In this document: positions 1-12,483 of the stretch, piece after piece
How the letters are laid out: each line of letters begins with the position of its first letter
Position numbering within the stretch: position 1 is the first letter of the stretch
Assembly: GCA_051294905.1 (NCBI GenBank)
Contig: CM119377.1
Location: forward strand, 992,001 to 1,056,000
Length of the DNA: 64,000 nucleotides
Reading direction: 5' to 3'
Source of the DNA: Botryllus schlosseri
Lineage: Eukaryota
The notes under the pieces: generated by a model
What the model saw: only the letters and a program-made list of their open reading frames with translations
Told to the model about the DNA's origin: nothing
The model's database searches: none
Made by a program: the position numbers and the translations under genes

Positions 1-203
1 GGATAAGGTTGGACGTGCTCCCGTGCTTTTTGACCGACTCCCGGGTGGGTTTCGCGGTGGAACCGCTGCCCGTGTCCTGGTCCGAACGCTCCTTAAACCG
101 CGGCTGATCCCAACAGATCACGCCTCGGCTGACCTCTACAACGCACCTGCTCATAATTCAAATAAGACACCGCACAGACTTCACAACAAGCAGGGTTACA
201 AAC

Positions 204-3200
204 CTGGCAGCTTCCAGTAAAGCACTTTGGATCTCTTCCAAGTTTGGCTTGAGCTCAACATTGGGTATGACAAGTTCGATGTTTGAAGTCAGCAATGGCG
301 AGATACCGTCCTTCGTACGGCTGGATTCCTTCTTCCCTTCGGAGTACGATGATTTCGGATAAAACAGTCTGATAACAAATGATAACACAGTTTAAATCAA
401 TTTCGAGACTGAGGTCAACCAAATCACCAACACCTACACAAATTTACCAATTTAGTTACCTAGACCAAACACCTAGTTACCTGTTGTCTCTTTTGAATAG
501 TTCAGAAAGATCAGAGTCATCACTACTAACAGTTTGACGTAGCTAGGGGTGGTTTTGGGGGTCAGAACCCCTTCCACCGAACGAGATAGTGTAATGGTTG
601 TGCGTCCGGTTTCTCGATCGGTAGGTCGTGGGTTCGATCCCCAGGCGGGTCAGACCAAAGACTCGAAAACTGGTATCCGCGGCTATCCTGCTAGGCGTTC
701 AGCATTCAGCAATCACGGATAGCATGGGGAGAAATAACCCGGGGGTGCAGACTGAATGACCTTACTATAAAGGCCGTATCGCATCTCCGTTGTCAAAGCA
801 TCTCGATGGTGCAGGCGAAAAAGAATACCATCTCTCTCTCTCTATCTCCATTTTAAGCTCGAAATCCCATTCTTTTGAAATGATGATTAGATCTCCAATA
901 TTTCTTAGCTCATTTGCAACACGGTAATTCATATTATCAGTTATTAGTTAGTGTGCTTTAGTTAGCTAGTTGAGCGTGATCTCTTAGCCACGATTATTCA
1001 AAATTTCATCGTCATATTTCGTGATACGGATGTTGACATACAATATTCTTTCCAATTCTCTACTATTGAATAGTATACTCATACTGAAATGAATCCGAAT
1101 ATTTATGGCTGACATTCGTCAGGGGTAATCGTCAGCAACTAGTAGAGAATTGGAAAGAACATTGTATATCAACAATCGTATTGATTGTTCTCTCCAATTC
1201 TCTACTAGTTGCTGACGATTGCCCCTGACGAGTGTTAGCAGAAAATATTTGGGGTCATTTCAATAAGAATATACTATTCTATTGTATATTTTTAGTTCTG
1301 TACCTCCAAGAAGCTCATCAATTCTCTACTGGTTGCTGATGATTACCCCTGACGAGTGTTAGCAGAAAATATTTGGGGTCATTTCAATAAGAATATACTA
1401 TTCTATTGTATATTTTTAGTTCTGTACCTCCAAGAAGCTCATCAATTCTCTACTGGTTGCTGATGATTACCCCTGACGAGTGTCAGCCGAAAATATACGG
1501 ATTCGTTTCAATATGAATATACTATCAAGTTTGCTAATTGCAAATTTTTAATGGTCGTTCTAGTACTAGTTGCAGACATTCAAGGTAGTAAGTTCACGTT
1601 CTAGTCGTAGTTGCGAGTTTTGAAAAGTGGATAGTTCTGCCTCTAGTGGCCCATTTTGAAAATCCACCAATTTGCACAGCCCCGACATCACCTTCGTTTA
1701 ATGTGATCCAAAGACTGCTTGGTGCATCGAATCAATGCGTCGACTGTTCTTTGCTTGAAGTAATCGATCAATTCCTCGCATTCAATCGCAAACGCGTCGT
1801 CATCATTGTACTCAACGCTATCCTTATATTTCGACCGAGTAGCAGAACTATTGTCCATCGACAATCTGCAATGACAGTAGGAAGGGCAATAAAATCGTAC
1901 TAGAAAGATTGACTGACGGTACTATACTTGAATGATGTGTTCACAACTATAAGCAGAGGTTCAAATGAAAACCAGTTTATTATAACACCGTATACCGGGT
2001 ATAAATGAAATACGCTGAAAAACATTACCACAACACAAATAATTATATATAAATGGGCTCACACGAAGCTGGAGCGTCCTGAATGCTTTGCAAAGACTTG
2101 TATCAAATCTTTCACGGCGCTCTCTACGTTCTGACTCTTCCTGTCCAAGAACTTGGCCATATCGGACGTATGCTCCTTCGTTCTGAACAGGGTTTGGCAT
2201 TTAATATTCACAAACAAGTTTCCAAAACTACAGAACTTATACATTGCCAAGAAGTTTTGCAGAGTGTACGTCCGATTGTCTCGGAACTTGACGAGCGACG
2301 TGGAAGCCATTTCCTCAAGCATGGCGTCGATTCGGGCCTCCTTCAAATCGTTGACCTCGCGGATAACCCGGAGCAAATACGACAGCTCCCGATTGACATC
2401 GTGAAAATAGAGCTGCAACAAGACAGCAGAGAAAATCTCAACAGCCAGACGTGTAAAATTGACTGCATTTTGAAAATGCGCAACCAGAGCTAGAACCACT
2501 CAATTTTTAAAACTCACAACTAGAACTAGAACTACTCACTTTTAAAAATTTATAACTAGAATTAATTACTTTTCAAAACTCGCAACTAAAACTAGAACTA
2601 CTCACTTTTAAAAATTTATAACTAGAATTAATTACTTTTCAAAACTCGCAACTAAAACTAGAACTACTCACTTTTAAAAATATATAACTAGAACTAATCA
2701 CTTTTCAAAACTCGCAACTAAAACTAGAGCTACTCACATTTCAAAACTCACAACTTGAACTAGAACTACTTACTCTTCAAAACTGGCAACTAGAATTAGA
2801 ACTTCTCGCTTTTCAAAATTCGCAGCTAGAACTAGAACTACTCACTTTCAAAGCTCCACAACTAATAAACCAGAACACAACTAACTTGATTCACTTCTGT
2901 AGCAAATCATTAATTTTTAGTTTATCGGAACTGGATCGGCTGCTCACAGGAACATCAGCACAAGTTTAAAATGGTATGAGTTTCGACCACTCAAAACCCA
3001 CCCCTGGCTACGCCCCTGTGAGTAGTGATGACTAGGGCCATTTAAAGTCATTTAAGTCATATTTTTTTCTATGCATCACTAAGTCGTGAAATCAATTTTA
3101 ACGCAAAAACCGCATCCATATGGGGTATATTAAGAAAGTTATAGAGTCATATAAAGTCATATTTATCCTGGTTAGGTCATATTTGAGTTATAAAGTCATA

Positions 3201-6200
3201 TTGCTGTATACTTTAAATAAAAAGTGCCAATTGAAGCAATTACGCACTAAGAAAGTAAGACAATTTCTGATTGAACGAAGGCAAACTGTAAGGTTAGCCT
3301 ACATAACATTACAGTCGCTGACCTATGAGGTAACACATTGCATTATGCGGTCACACATTGCATTGTGTTGCTACACAATCTGTTTTACTTCTGTGCACTG
3401 AAGTGGGACGTCATTTGAAGTTCAGAGACTTCCACAAGTGAAAGAAATAATCAACGCGCGGGAAGCTGAAGGAGTTATTGTAAAGAGCGTCAAAGATTCA
3501 GTGAACGATCCAAAGTTGACGAGTCAGTTAACAGAAATATGCCTCCACTACAAAAATATTTCAAACTTGATACTGAAAATGAAAAGTTGTGCGTACACTA
3601 TCAAAGAGGCTCATGCTGATCAAAATGCCCTCGATTTCAGAAAAGATCCGCTCAAGCTCAAAAATTACATTAAGAAGCGATTGGACAAAAACGATGTGAA
3701 ACAAATTATGGAGCTACAAAGACAAGACATATCACCGGCACTGTATACAAAACTGCAGAAGTGTCAACCAACATCAGCGTCTGTGGAGCGCTCATTTTAC
3801 TTACTGAAGTCATTTTTACGTCCAAACCGTAACTTTAAAGACTCCAACATTCCACACAACATGAAACTGTACTACAAAAGTGGTTTAAAATAAAAATGGA
3901 TGTGTACGACTGTTATGTTGTTCATGTTTTACTCGTCAGTTCCATGAATGATGTTGTTTACATGTAAAAATACACGATTTTCGCATAAAGTCATATTTTC
4001 CCAAAAATAAAGTCATATAATTGATTTTTTAAGGTCATATAAAAATGGCCCTAGTGATGACTCTGAACTAGCAATGCCTGCAAGAACATCACACAACAGA
4101 ATACCGGTATCGCGATTGACGTCAAAAGGCGACACATGTTTTCTAGTAGTTCGGCAACCAATTTTTTTTCAAGATGCAAGTAGAGCTAGAACTACTTGAA
4201 GAACCAGTAATTAGTTAACCGTCGACTACAAGGACAAGTCTGTTAACGAAGGCTTCTTGTAGAAACTCACGTCATGGTTGAGTGAACTCCAGGTAATGAA
4301 AATCAAGCCGTGTCTGATCGCAGAGTCGACCTTCTTGAGATGATGTTTCATCAACGGTTGGAAAATGACCGGGATCCGAGCTTTTGCGGCGTCGTATTCG
4401 TTCAACATACTCTCCAGCTTTTCCTGCTCAAGATACAGGATCTGTAGTCACAAAAATAACCCGACAAATATCAAATTTTTGAGCCGATACCAATAAAACT
4501 AGAACTTTCACGGATAACCCCGATATATTCAACCGACATATGAAAAATATGGAGTCTAGCATAAAGCGCATTTCAAAAACTTCAGAGCTCGTACCTTGGT
4601 TCTTTTAAGAGCCCCCTGCTTCCTGAGTAAGCGACATGTAATTTCGGGGATTTCAAGGTCCATCTTCATCATGCACTGAGCTTCCCGAATGGTTTCCGGG
4701 ATCAGCGGGTCATAGTTGATGTGAATCTGCTTGGATTCGGGGTGACGAACCAGTAATGTTGCCTATATAAAAAAATTTCGTAGTCAATGATTGTAGAACA
4801 TGACAAGCGAACAAAGTTTAACAATATATTCATATGAATTACACCAGATTTTCGAGCTGACACTCATCAGGGGTTACTGTCAGTCATACTACGAACACTT
4901 AAAATTCTGTTCATTTGTCTGTTCTCGAGTCAACCATTATAAACATTTGTCAACCCTGCCTATGCCAACAAAATAAAATTGTGTACGATTTGAAAATCAC
5001 ACATCAACTTTGAACAACAAATTTGAATTCAAAACTTGACTCAGTCTGATCTCATAACTAGGGATTTCTTATAAACAAATTTTTTGGATGTTTTTGAAGA
5101 GATTAGTGGAGTTATAAAATTTGATAATATTTTTGAATATTTACACCTAACACTCGTCGGGGGTAATCGTCAACAACTAGTAGAGAATTAGAAAGAACAT
5201 TGTATATCAACAATCGTATCACAAAATACGTCTTCACCGTGATGAAATTTGAGTAATCGAGGCAAGCCATGTTCCCTTCAACTCTCTACTAGTTGCTGAC
5301 GATTACCCCTGAAAATATTTGGCTGTATTTCAATACGAATATATTATTCAACTGTTCATATTATAACTGATGGTAAGCCCTGATGAGTGTCAGTTTGAAA
5401 AGCTTTGGGTAATAAAATGAATATATTATTCGACTGTAACTTGAGGTTCTGTACGCCTAAGCGTCCCGGTAGTTGGGATTTATTTACCTGCATGGCAAAA
5501 TTCACATTTTCCGTCGACCTGCACCAGGCGTGGTAGAACAAAACCTCAAACTCCATCAAAACCTTCCCGATCTTGTTGTAACTTTTCACGATCGCACGAC
5601 CGTCTTTTTCCTGCAATCACACAAAACTCAGCTTGCAGACTTGTAAAAACCACAGGATTTTCAAAATGTAAAACTAGAAATAGAACTAGAACTTTGAAAC
5701 TCGCTACTAGAAGTAAAGCTACCCACCTTTCAAAATTTGCAACTAAAACTAGAACTACTCACTTTTCAAAACTCGCAACTAGAACTAGAACTACCGTACA
5801 ACTATTCAATTTTAAAAACTCACAGCCAGAACTACATCTACCCCCTTTGCAAAACTCGCAACTAGAACTAGAACTACTCATTTTTCAAAACTCGCAACTA
5901 GAACGAGAACTACAACTAGAACTATTCAATTTTTCAAAACTCGCAGCCAGAACTACATCCACCCACTTTTCAAAACTCGCAACTAGAACTACAACTACAA
6001 CTATTCAATTTTCAAAACTCACACCCAGATCTACATTTACCCACCTTTTAAAATTTGCAACTAAAACTAGAACTACTCACTCTTCAAAACTCGCAACTAG
6101 AACTAGAACTACCGTACAACTATACAATTTTAAAAACTCACAGCCAGAACTACATCTACCCCCTTTGCAAAACTCGCCACTAGAACTAGAACTACTCACT

Positions 6201-9200
6201 TTCCAAAACTCGCAACTAAAATAGAACTACACACTTTTCAAAAGTCCTAAATAGAACTAGAACTACTGAATTTTCAAAACTCGCAACTAGCACTAGAACT
6301 AGAACTACTATTTTTTAATACTTGCAACTGGAACTAAAATTACAACTACTCACTTTTCAAATGTCGTAACTAGATCTAGAACTACTCACCTTGCAAAACT
6401 TGCAACTAGAAGTAGAACTACCCTAAAATCCATTAGCTAGTTGGCCTTCAACTAACTAGATTGGTAGTTTGTACAAGTCTGCTTTCTCACTTTCAGCAGA
6501 TAATCTGCATGTTCCTGGAAAGCCTCCATCGGCTCCTGAATCTTTCTGAAGAGTTGCCTGGCCCACATTATCTTGCCTGAAATGGGCGGCATGTCGCGAG
6601 GCACCGACGGCTCGTCGCGCAGTCTCTGGTACAACTTTTTGATCTTTTCTATCTCCAGACCAAAGTTCTTCAGGATCACCTCGTACTTCTCCTGAATCTC
6701 ATTCTGAACATAAGCGTACCATGGTTCTAATACTGCCCCAATGCATACCAAAATTGAATGGAAATTAAAAGAAACAACAAGAACTATCATCAGTTATTTT
6801 CAAGACAAAACTGCTTATCGGTCTATGAGATCCTATTTAATCATGATAACTTACTTGTAAGCAAGGTATGCCTAGCTTCTCAAATCTTTTCAAGAGCAGC
6901 AGAGCTTGGGCTGAAGACTGGGTTCGCTCGAAGCACGAGTCCAGAAACACTTGCAGTTGACACTCCAAATTGTAGATTGAGTCTTTGAAATTTTCGAAAT
7001 CGTTGTCAAAGTCTATTTTCCTGAAAACAACGACCATAGTACGATTGTGCCATGTAGTTCTTAATTATATACCTACTGTAATACTACTATTTTTTACCAA
7101 AAATTTTCTACTTCAATGAATTCTCTTCTGCTGGTTCAAATTTAGCCAAATTTGCTATACATTGTTTTTTAGACGGTTAACAATTTCATCGGGTTACCAT
7201 TAAAATTTGACACAAAAACATTTTTTTACTAAATTACCTTTTTAAGAGGTACATACCTGTGATCTAATATATCGTACGGTTTCTTTTTAGTATTAGTGAC
7301 GATAGAATTGAACTTATGGTTCAATACTTCAATTCCTTCAATTTTCGATTCCCCAAGTTTTGAGAACGCTTTGATAGTGTCCAGCAATTCCGTTATCTGA
7401 AGAAGAAAAAATGATTCAACGATGCACTTGTCAGAAGGTAGAGCTGATATATTTCGTATGGTGTTCAGCAGGGTTGTAAACAAGTCAGGAGGACCCTTAT
7501 TATATCCAAGGACTTTATTGCTTCTGACTTGAGTCGGGTCGAGTCGTATTCAGATCACCACCGAGTCAAGTCCGAGGTATAGTGTTGAGACTCGAGTCCG
7601 AGTTCAAGTCATTGCGATCATTGTTCAGTTTCAAGTTCAGGTCTTGTTCAACCCATTTTTCTACAAGTCTGCTTGGGCGATATCGAATGAGAGAGAGAGA
7701 GAGAGAGAGGGAGTCTTCATTTATTTATGCATTTAAAATATACAAATATTTCTCACTCTTATTAGTTATTGCTTTATTTTTGAAGTACCAGAACTGATAG
7801 ACGAAATAACAATAATGTGGTAACTTCACTATTCTTTGAAGCTACACTGTCCGTGTTTCGAGTCATGTGTCAATGACTCGACTACAAGTCGAGTCAATAC
7901 ACAAATTGACTCAAGTCGAGTCGAATGATTTTTCCTACGCACGAAAACCACTCGAGTCAAGTCACCAAAAAAAGTTGGACTCGGGTCGAGTCATTTCAAG
8001 TTTGTTCTACATCCGTCTCTATCAAACCTTGTTTAATCTTTTGCAGAAGGTGTCAAATTTGCCAAAGATATACATCTCCGAAAAGTCGACGTTCTCGTCA
8101 GGTGTCTTCTGAAGTTTCTCCTTCATTTTCTGAAACTGCTTCATATATTCCTTGTAGAGTCGAATACAATCCTGTGAAAAGCGACGCTCAACTCGGTGCA
8201 ATAGGATTGTTCAAAATTAATTTTTTTCTTCAAATTTCACAGGTTTTTCAATAAAATTCTCAGGTTGACTAAAAAACTCTGCGAACAAAATTTGGCTCAA
8301 TTCCAATCTCTAGAGAAGCTAAGCTACTGAAGTATTTTATCAAAAGAAAATATTTTCAACCAGTCTAACAATTTTATCGAATAGCCAGACGAATTTGAGG
8401 AAAAAAAGGTTATTTTTAACAACTGTGCAAGACGAGAATGCAACCCACCGCAATCTTCTGCTTAACCACAACCACATCCTGATCCCAAATCCTGAGCAGA
8501 CCGCTCTCCGTGATGTAGCTTCTACAAGCCGCCACCATCTGGTTGGTAACCTGCCACAGAGAAAACGTTGGAATCTTCTTCCACAGGACAAATAATTGAA
8601 AGAAACAAACTTTGATGAATAGCGATGTCATTCTTTGCGACGTGTTGTAGTATCTCGATATGTTGTGGATCATGCTGATGATGTTAATCAAAGACGGGAT
8701 CACTTCGATCATATTCACCTAAATGAAAATGATATCACCCATATACAATCTTCACTGCAGTTTGCTTGGCAGCAGTTTCTTTCATAGCACTTCAGGCAAC
8801 CGTGATATATATACTGAAGACACCAACAGAACATATACAATCACTCGGCTGAGTGCTTAAAATTTCTTGGAAAATGTTCTATTGAATCATAATCAGATGT
8901 CAGTAATGTACAAAAAACGATCTACAGAAAACCAACTGGTAACAGACTTGTTTAAACTACTGGATTTTAAGAACTACCAACTACAACTAGAACTAATGAC
9001 ATTCAAAGAACACAACAAACTAGACTCAATCCCGAAACAACTGATACAAATTACTGAATTGCAATTAGTTGAAAAATACTGGATATAGAATGGGCATTTT
9101 AAAAGAATGGGGTTAGAAATGGGAGGGGTTTCGACCCTTAATATCCACCCCTGGCTATGACACCAGTCACATAACAGAACACCGGACAGCGACTTCAAAA

Positions 9201-12200
9201 CAGACTTACGGGATCAGAATTGTACAACGGCGTACAAGCCTTCTCCAGAGAATACAAATACTTGACATTGTCTTTCGCTTCGTTGGCGTGGTCTGTGATT
9301 TGAGAATCAAAGTCGCGCCACATCTGAAAGACACGTTTAAAAATTTTAGACATTGGGAACATTAGTGCTGAACTGTGAAAATCACCTTCAAAACCTTCGA
9401 CTTGGAAGCATGCAGAATACTAATGGCTGCTTTGCATTGTTTCCCTTTGATATGCTCCAGTAGCGAGTTGAACTTTACCATCAAAAATCGCCAATGTTCG
9501 AGTTCAGCCAGTGGTCCCGTGTCGTCAGCCTCCTTACGCATTTGTTCACTCTCCGCTAGAAACTGAAATTGATATCACAAAGATACTGTTTTTCAGCAAT
9601 AGGTAAGCTCAGCTGTAGACTAAACATGTTAAACATGAGGTGAAAGCGACCCTCGAACCTGCTCAATCTGCTTGCACCATCCAGACACAAGTTCCTCTAA
9701 AGCGGCAACCACATCTGGATCATTAGCCGCTGCACGGTAATCTTGTGGATTAGAATATTGAGACAAATCCAGAGTGGTACAGTCACTCAATCGTACCGCC
9801 CCGTTGATGTTCGTCTGAGCACCTAAATAGTTGTTGCAATGATCTGATTTTTGTATGGACAACCGTGCTATTCTCTTTCTGCAGCTACTACTCATTCTTA
9901 GATATGTATGTATAACAAATTAACGTGAACATCAGATCTTTGTTTATGACTAGCCCTCAATATAACCAAATACTTCACAGGACACTCACTATCAAGATAA
10001 TTCACAAACGCTTCTAAATCGTGTAAGAACGTTTCTTTTGTCTTCTTTCCTTGAGGGGTGTCGCACAAGGTCCCCCAATTCGACATGGCTTTAATGCACG
10101 GCAAATATACAAGACCCATTAATTCACGGATAGCCGGTAACAAGCCCCCATTTCCCTCCACATCCAAAACACCAAATTCTGTTTCCTGAAAGAACAAGAA
10201 ATATTGCGCTAATTAGCCACCGCTATGGAAAGAATATACCTAGTAGCGTCTCAGGTGTTTAGAGAGAGTTTAATGTGTGTAATTTGCTCCATATAGTTTA
10301 TAGATTGCATGATATATCCTACATTATTATGCTGAAGATAATTATCATATTGAAAGCAAATTTGGATTCGTGAATTCCGTACCTCATTGCAATTTCTTAT
10401 GTTGAGTTCCACATCTTTGGGTTTGATAAAGTATAGACCCTGTCCGGTGATGGCTTCTTTTGTTCCATCGGTGACGAAGATCTTTTGAATCTTATCTGCT
10501 TTCTGCATGCTCCTACCAGATTCTGCAATTGCAATTCATCAAGAAGAAAATTAGTAATTGGATTTTTCAGACAACGTTGCTCTGCACTGGATGACTGACA
10601 AAGCGTGTTGAACATATCTCATTATTGACCGAAGAACTGATGAGGATACTGCACTATTTGATTGTAGATGTGTTTTTGATGAAATTTTATAGTTTAGACT
10701 CGAGTGAAGTCATGTCATCATCAACCCACCACCGAGTCAAGTTCAAGTCCAAGTCAGGAAGAAAAGGATCCAAATCATAGTGTTCACTGATGATTATTAT
10801 CGAGTTCAAGTCGGGTCCGACTTTATTTCTTAAAACTCTTGGGTGATATCGAAGGCCTCAGATTCATAATACATATATATAGGCCTACACTTATTTTTCT
10901 TACTCTGAAGATATTTATTCAAACAGATAAAAGCCAATTTCATGGCCTATTTATCAAGTACCAGTCCTAATTACACGAGAGATAAATCAAGTCATATGAG
11001 TTGATCGAGTCAGATGCAATTACTCAAGTACAAGTCGAGTCACATAAAAATTGCGACTCGAGTCATTACAATCCTTCATAAGCAAATATCGAGACGACTA
11101 AGTACGGTTTATCATTCAACCTCGGAGGTGGAAGTAGATCCTAAGGGTGGGGCATTTGAAGTATCCTTTACCAAATGTTGCTGCACTTGTACACTGTACA
11201 ATAACCAACCCATTTTTGGAGATTCTCCTTCTTGGAAATAAAACAGAAGAGATTTTCTTCCATCTTTTTGTATAAAGTCATTCATGAATTCAAGTTGCTG
11301 TAAAATTAAAGTCAATCACATTGCTGAAATGATACTGGAAGAGTTTCAAGTCGTTAAAAAAGCTAGATAGTCAGATAACGGGCAAACCAACCTCAGGAGA
11401 GTCAAGAATGAAGTCTTCTGCTGTTTGATTATCCATTTCGACATGGTCGGCAACATAATGAATGAAGTATTTGTGAGTGGCCGTAACCTGAGCTTTCCGG
11501 TTTTCACGGTTTGTCTTGAATCTTGCCTGATAAGAGAGAATTCAGCTGGTGAAAATATATACCAAAAGTAAACGTATTGTAACTTGAATGTAGCATAACT
11601 TTCAAAATCATATTTTTGCAAAATTTCTGTCTGTGCTGCCGGTTCTGGCATTTTGTGCTGATACCTACCGCCTGGTCCCCTGAGATATCAAATGGTTAAT
11701 CACTGCCATCGAGAACATCTAAGATAGTGTTCCCCAGACTTTATATACACAACGAACCAGTAGACCGCAAACCAGATATCGAACGCCCCCTAACCCCCTC
11801 CTACTTCCAACAAAAAATTTTCGGTTCATTCCCGCGTAGACTTTTTGCGTTGATCTAACTCATTGGCAGCCCGATCCACATTATGTAGCCTACGCTATGC
11901 CAGAGTCACAATTTCATACAAATTCCAGGACAGACAAAATCAATCAAAACAATCATACAAGGCTATTGCTCTTCCCTATTATCGTACTTTTGTTTAGTGA
12001 GGTATATGTGCTCAAAAAAACTTTATCGTCCTTGTTTTACATGCGTTTGAGTGAGTGTTCCTGTTCATAATTTGCACGTTCAGTAAGTGCCACTAAATTA
12101 TTCGTATGTCCACTGTTTGGTTAGTGGTTAGAAAACTCAACATTGCATGACAATGCGTTAGTGACGATTTTCGATTGAATTCTACGGTATAATTTTGTAT

Positions 12201-12483
12201 GTAAAAGCTTTCTATAACTCGGTCATCAAGCCTATAACATGTTAAAACGGTAAAACCACGCAGAAAAGAAGAAAGGTCGGTTGCAATGATATAAACCGGA
12301 CAGAGAAGCTTACAACCATACAGTTAGGCATAAAACCTGTTTCTCCTTTAGAGTCTCCACATTGCTGTAAACGCTTCCAGTTGTGCTTGTTCGCCTTCCC
12401 GGCCCAACGCCGCCTTTAACGTCTCTAAGGCGCTTCGCGATTGCTTGGGCTTTATCGGAAACGGAACCCCCACCTTCCGCCAT
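204..12483 (-). CDS. DNAH5: Axonemal outer-arm dynein heavy chain, DNAH5/DNAH8 family; 5' 21 exons (N-terminal tail, DHC_N1 region); gene continues beyond the left edge
   Basis: Exons read 5'->3' on minus, all GT-AG and phase-compatible: 12337-12483 ([15 protein letters not shown]), 11392-11526, 11210-11297, 10383-10522, 9990-10185, 9659-9822, 9386-9562, 9210-9323, 8611-8718, 8449-8550, 8028-8171, 7257-7396, 6855-7020, 6491-6703, 5488-5610, 4595-4762, 4271-4423, 2243-2412, 2063-2182, 1692-1865, 204-368 (3107 nt). Motifs [63 protein letters not shown] and [14 protein letters not shown] are typical of DNAH5/8. DNAH5 versus DNAH8 cannot be settled without a tree. Confidence 0.93.
577..848 (+). 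mobile_element. tRNA-derived SINE, full copy
   Basis: A box TAGTGTAATGG, B box GGTTCGATCCC, a conserved body and a (TC)n tail. Near-identical copies lie at 13644, 23964, 33108 (deleted) and 61790 (head only). Confidence 0.85.
990..1530. repeat. Inverted and tandem copies of a dispersed repeat (ctgacactcgtcaggggtaatcgtcagcaactagtagagaattggaaag)
   Basis: Forward copy 1063-1185, reverse copies on both sides, and a 124-bp tandem duplication (caataagaat at 1261 and 1385). The same family occurs at 4825-5360, 43615-43685, 55940-56300 and 56770-56890. Confidence 0.8.
2490..2870 (+). repeat. Minisatellite array of about 35-bp units (tagaactagaactactcacttttcaaaactcgcaac)
   Basis: Tandem degenerate units are directly visible in a dynein intron. 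Confidence 0.85.
3033..4053 (+). mobile_element. Internally deleted hAT transposon retaining the C-terminal transposase fragment (ORF 3438-3893)
   Basis: TIR TAGGGCCATTT, perfect 8-bp TSD GTGATGAC (3025-3032 and 4054-4061), and the [10 protein letters not shown] motif of the hAT C-terminal dimerisation region. Confidence 0.88.
5670..6425 (+). repeat. Long minisatellite array of the tagaactagaactac family
   Basis: About 750 bp of tandem units with a higher-order duplication. It explains the spurious ORF 5694-6224. Other arrays occur at 1550-1640, 16380-16770 and 58240-58560 (reverse). Confidence 0.88.
7469..8003 (+). mobile_element. MITE of the CAGGGTTGTAA family (rich in gactcgagtc motifs)
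   Basis: Left TIR CAGGGTTGTAA and a degenerate right end. Colinear with copies at 10690-11075, 42372-43003, 44679, 48830-49147 and 55146. Confidence 0.7.

Noticed and set aside
577-660. tRNA genes (also 13644, 23964, 61790, 30130)
   Set aside because: A and B boxes run directly into a conserved non-tRNA body and (TC)n tail shared by dispersed copies, so these are SINE heads, not cloverleaf genes.
2083-2493. Plus-strand ORFs over the dynein exons (also 1646-1903, 9375-9566) and minus ORFs over GBA2 and LACC1
   Set aside because: Antisense shadows of real coding sequence.
5694-6224. 176-aa ORF with repeated KLATRTRTT
   Set aside because: Translation of the tagaactagaactac minisatellite, in a dynein intron on the opposite strand.
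11668-11718. Possible alternative first dynein exon ([17 protein letters not shown])
   Set aside because: Its donor is phase 2 while the next exon is phase 0; the exon at 12337-12483 fits properly.
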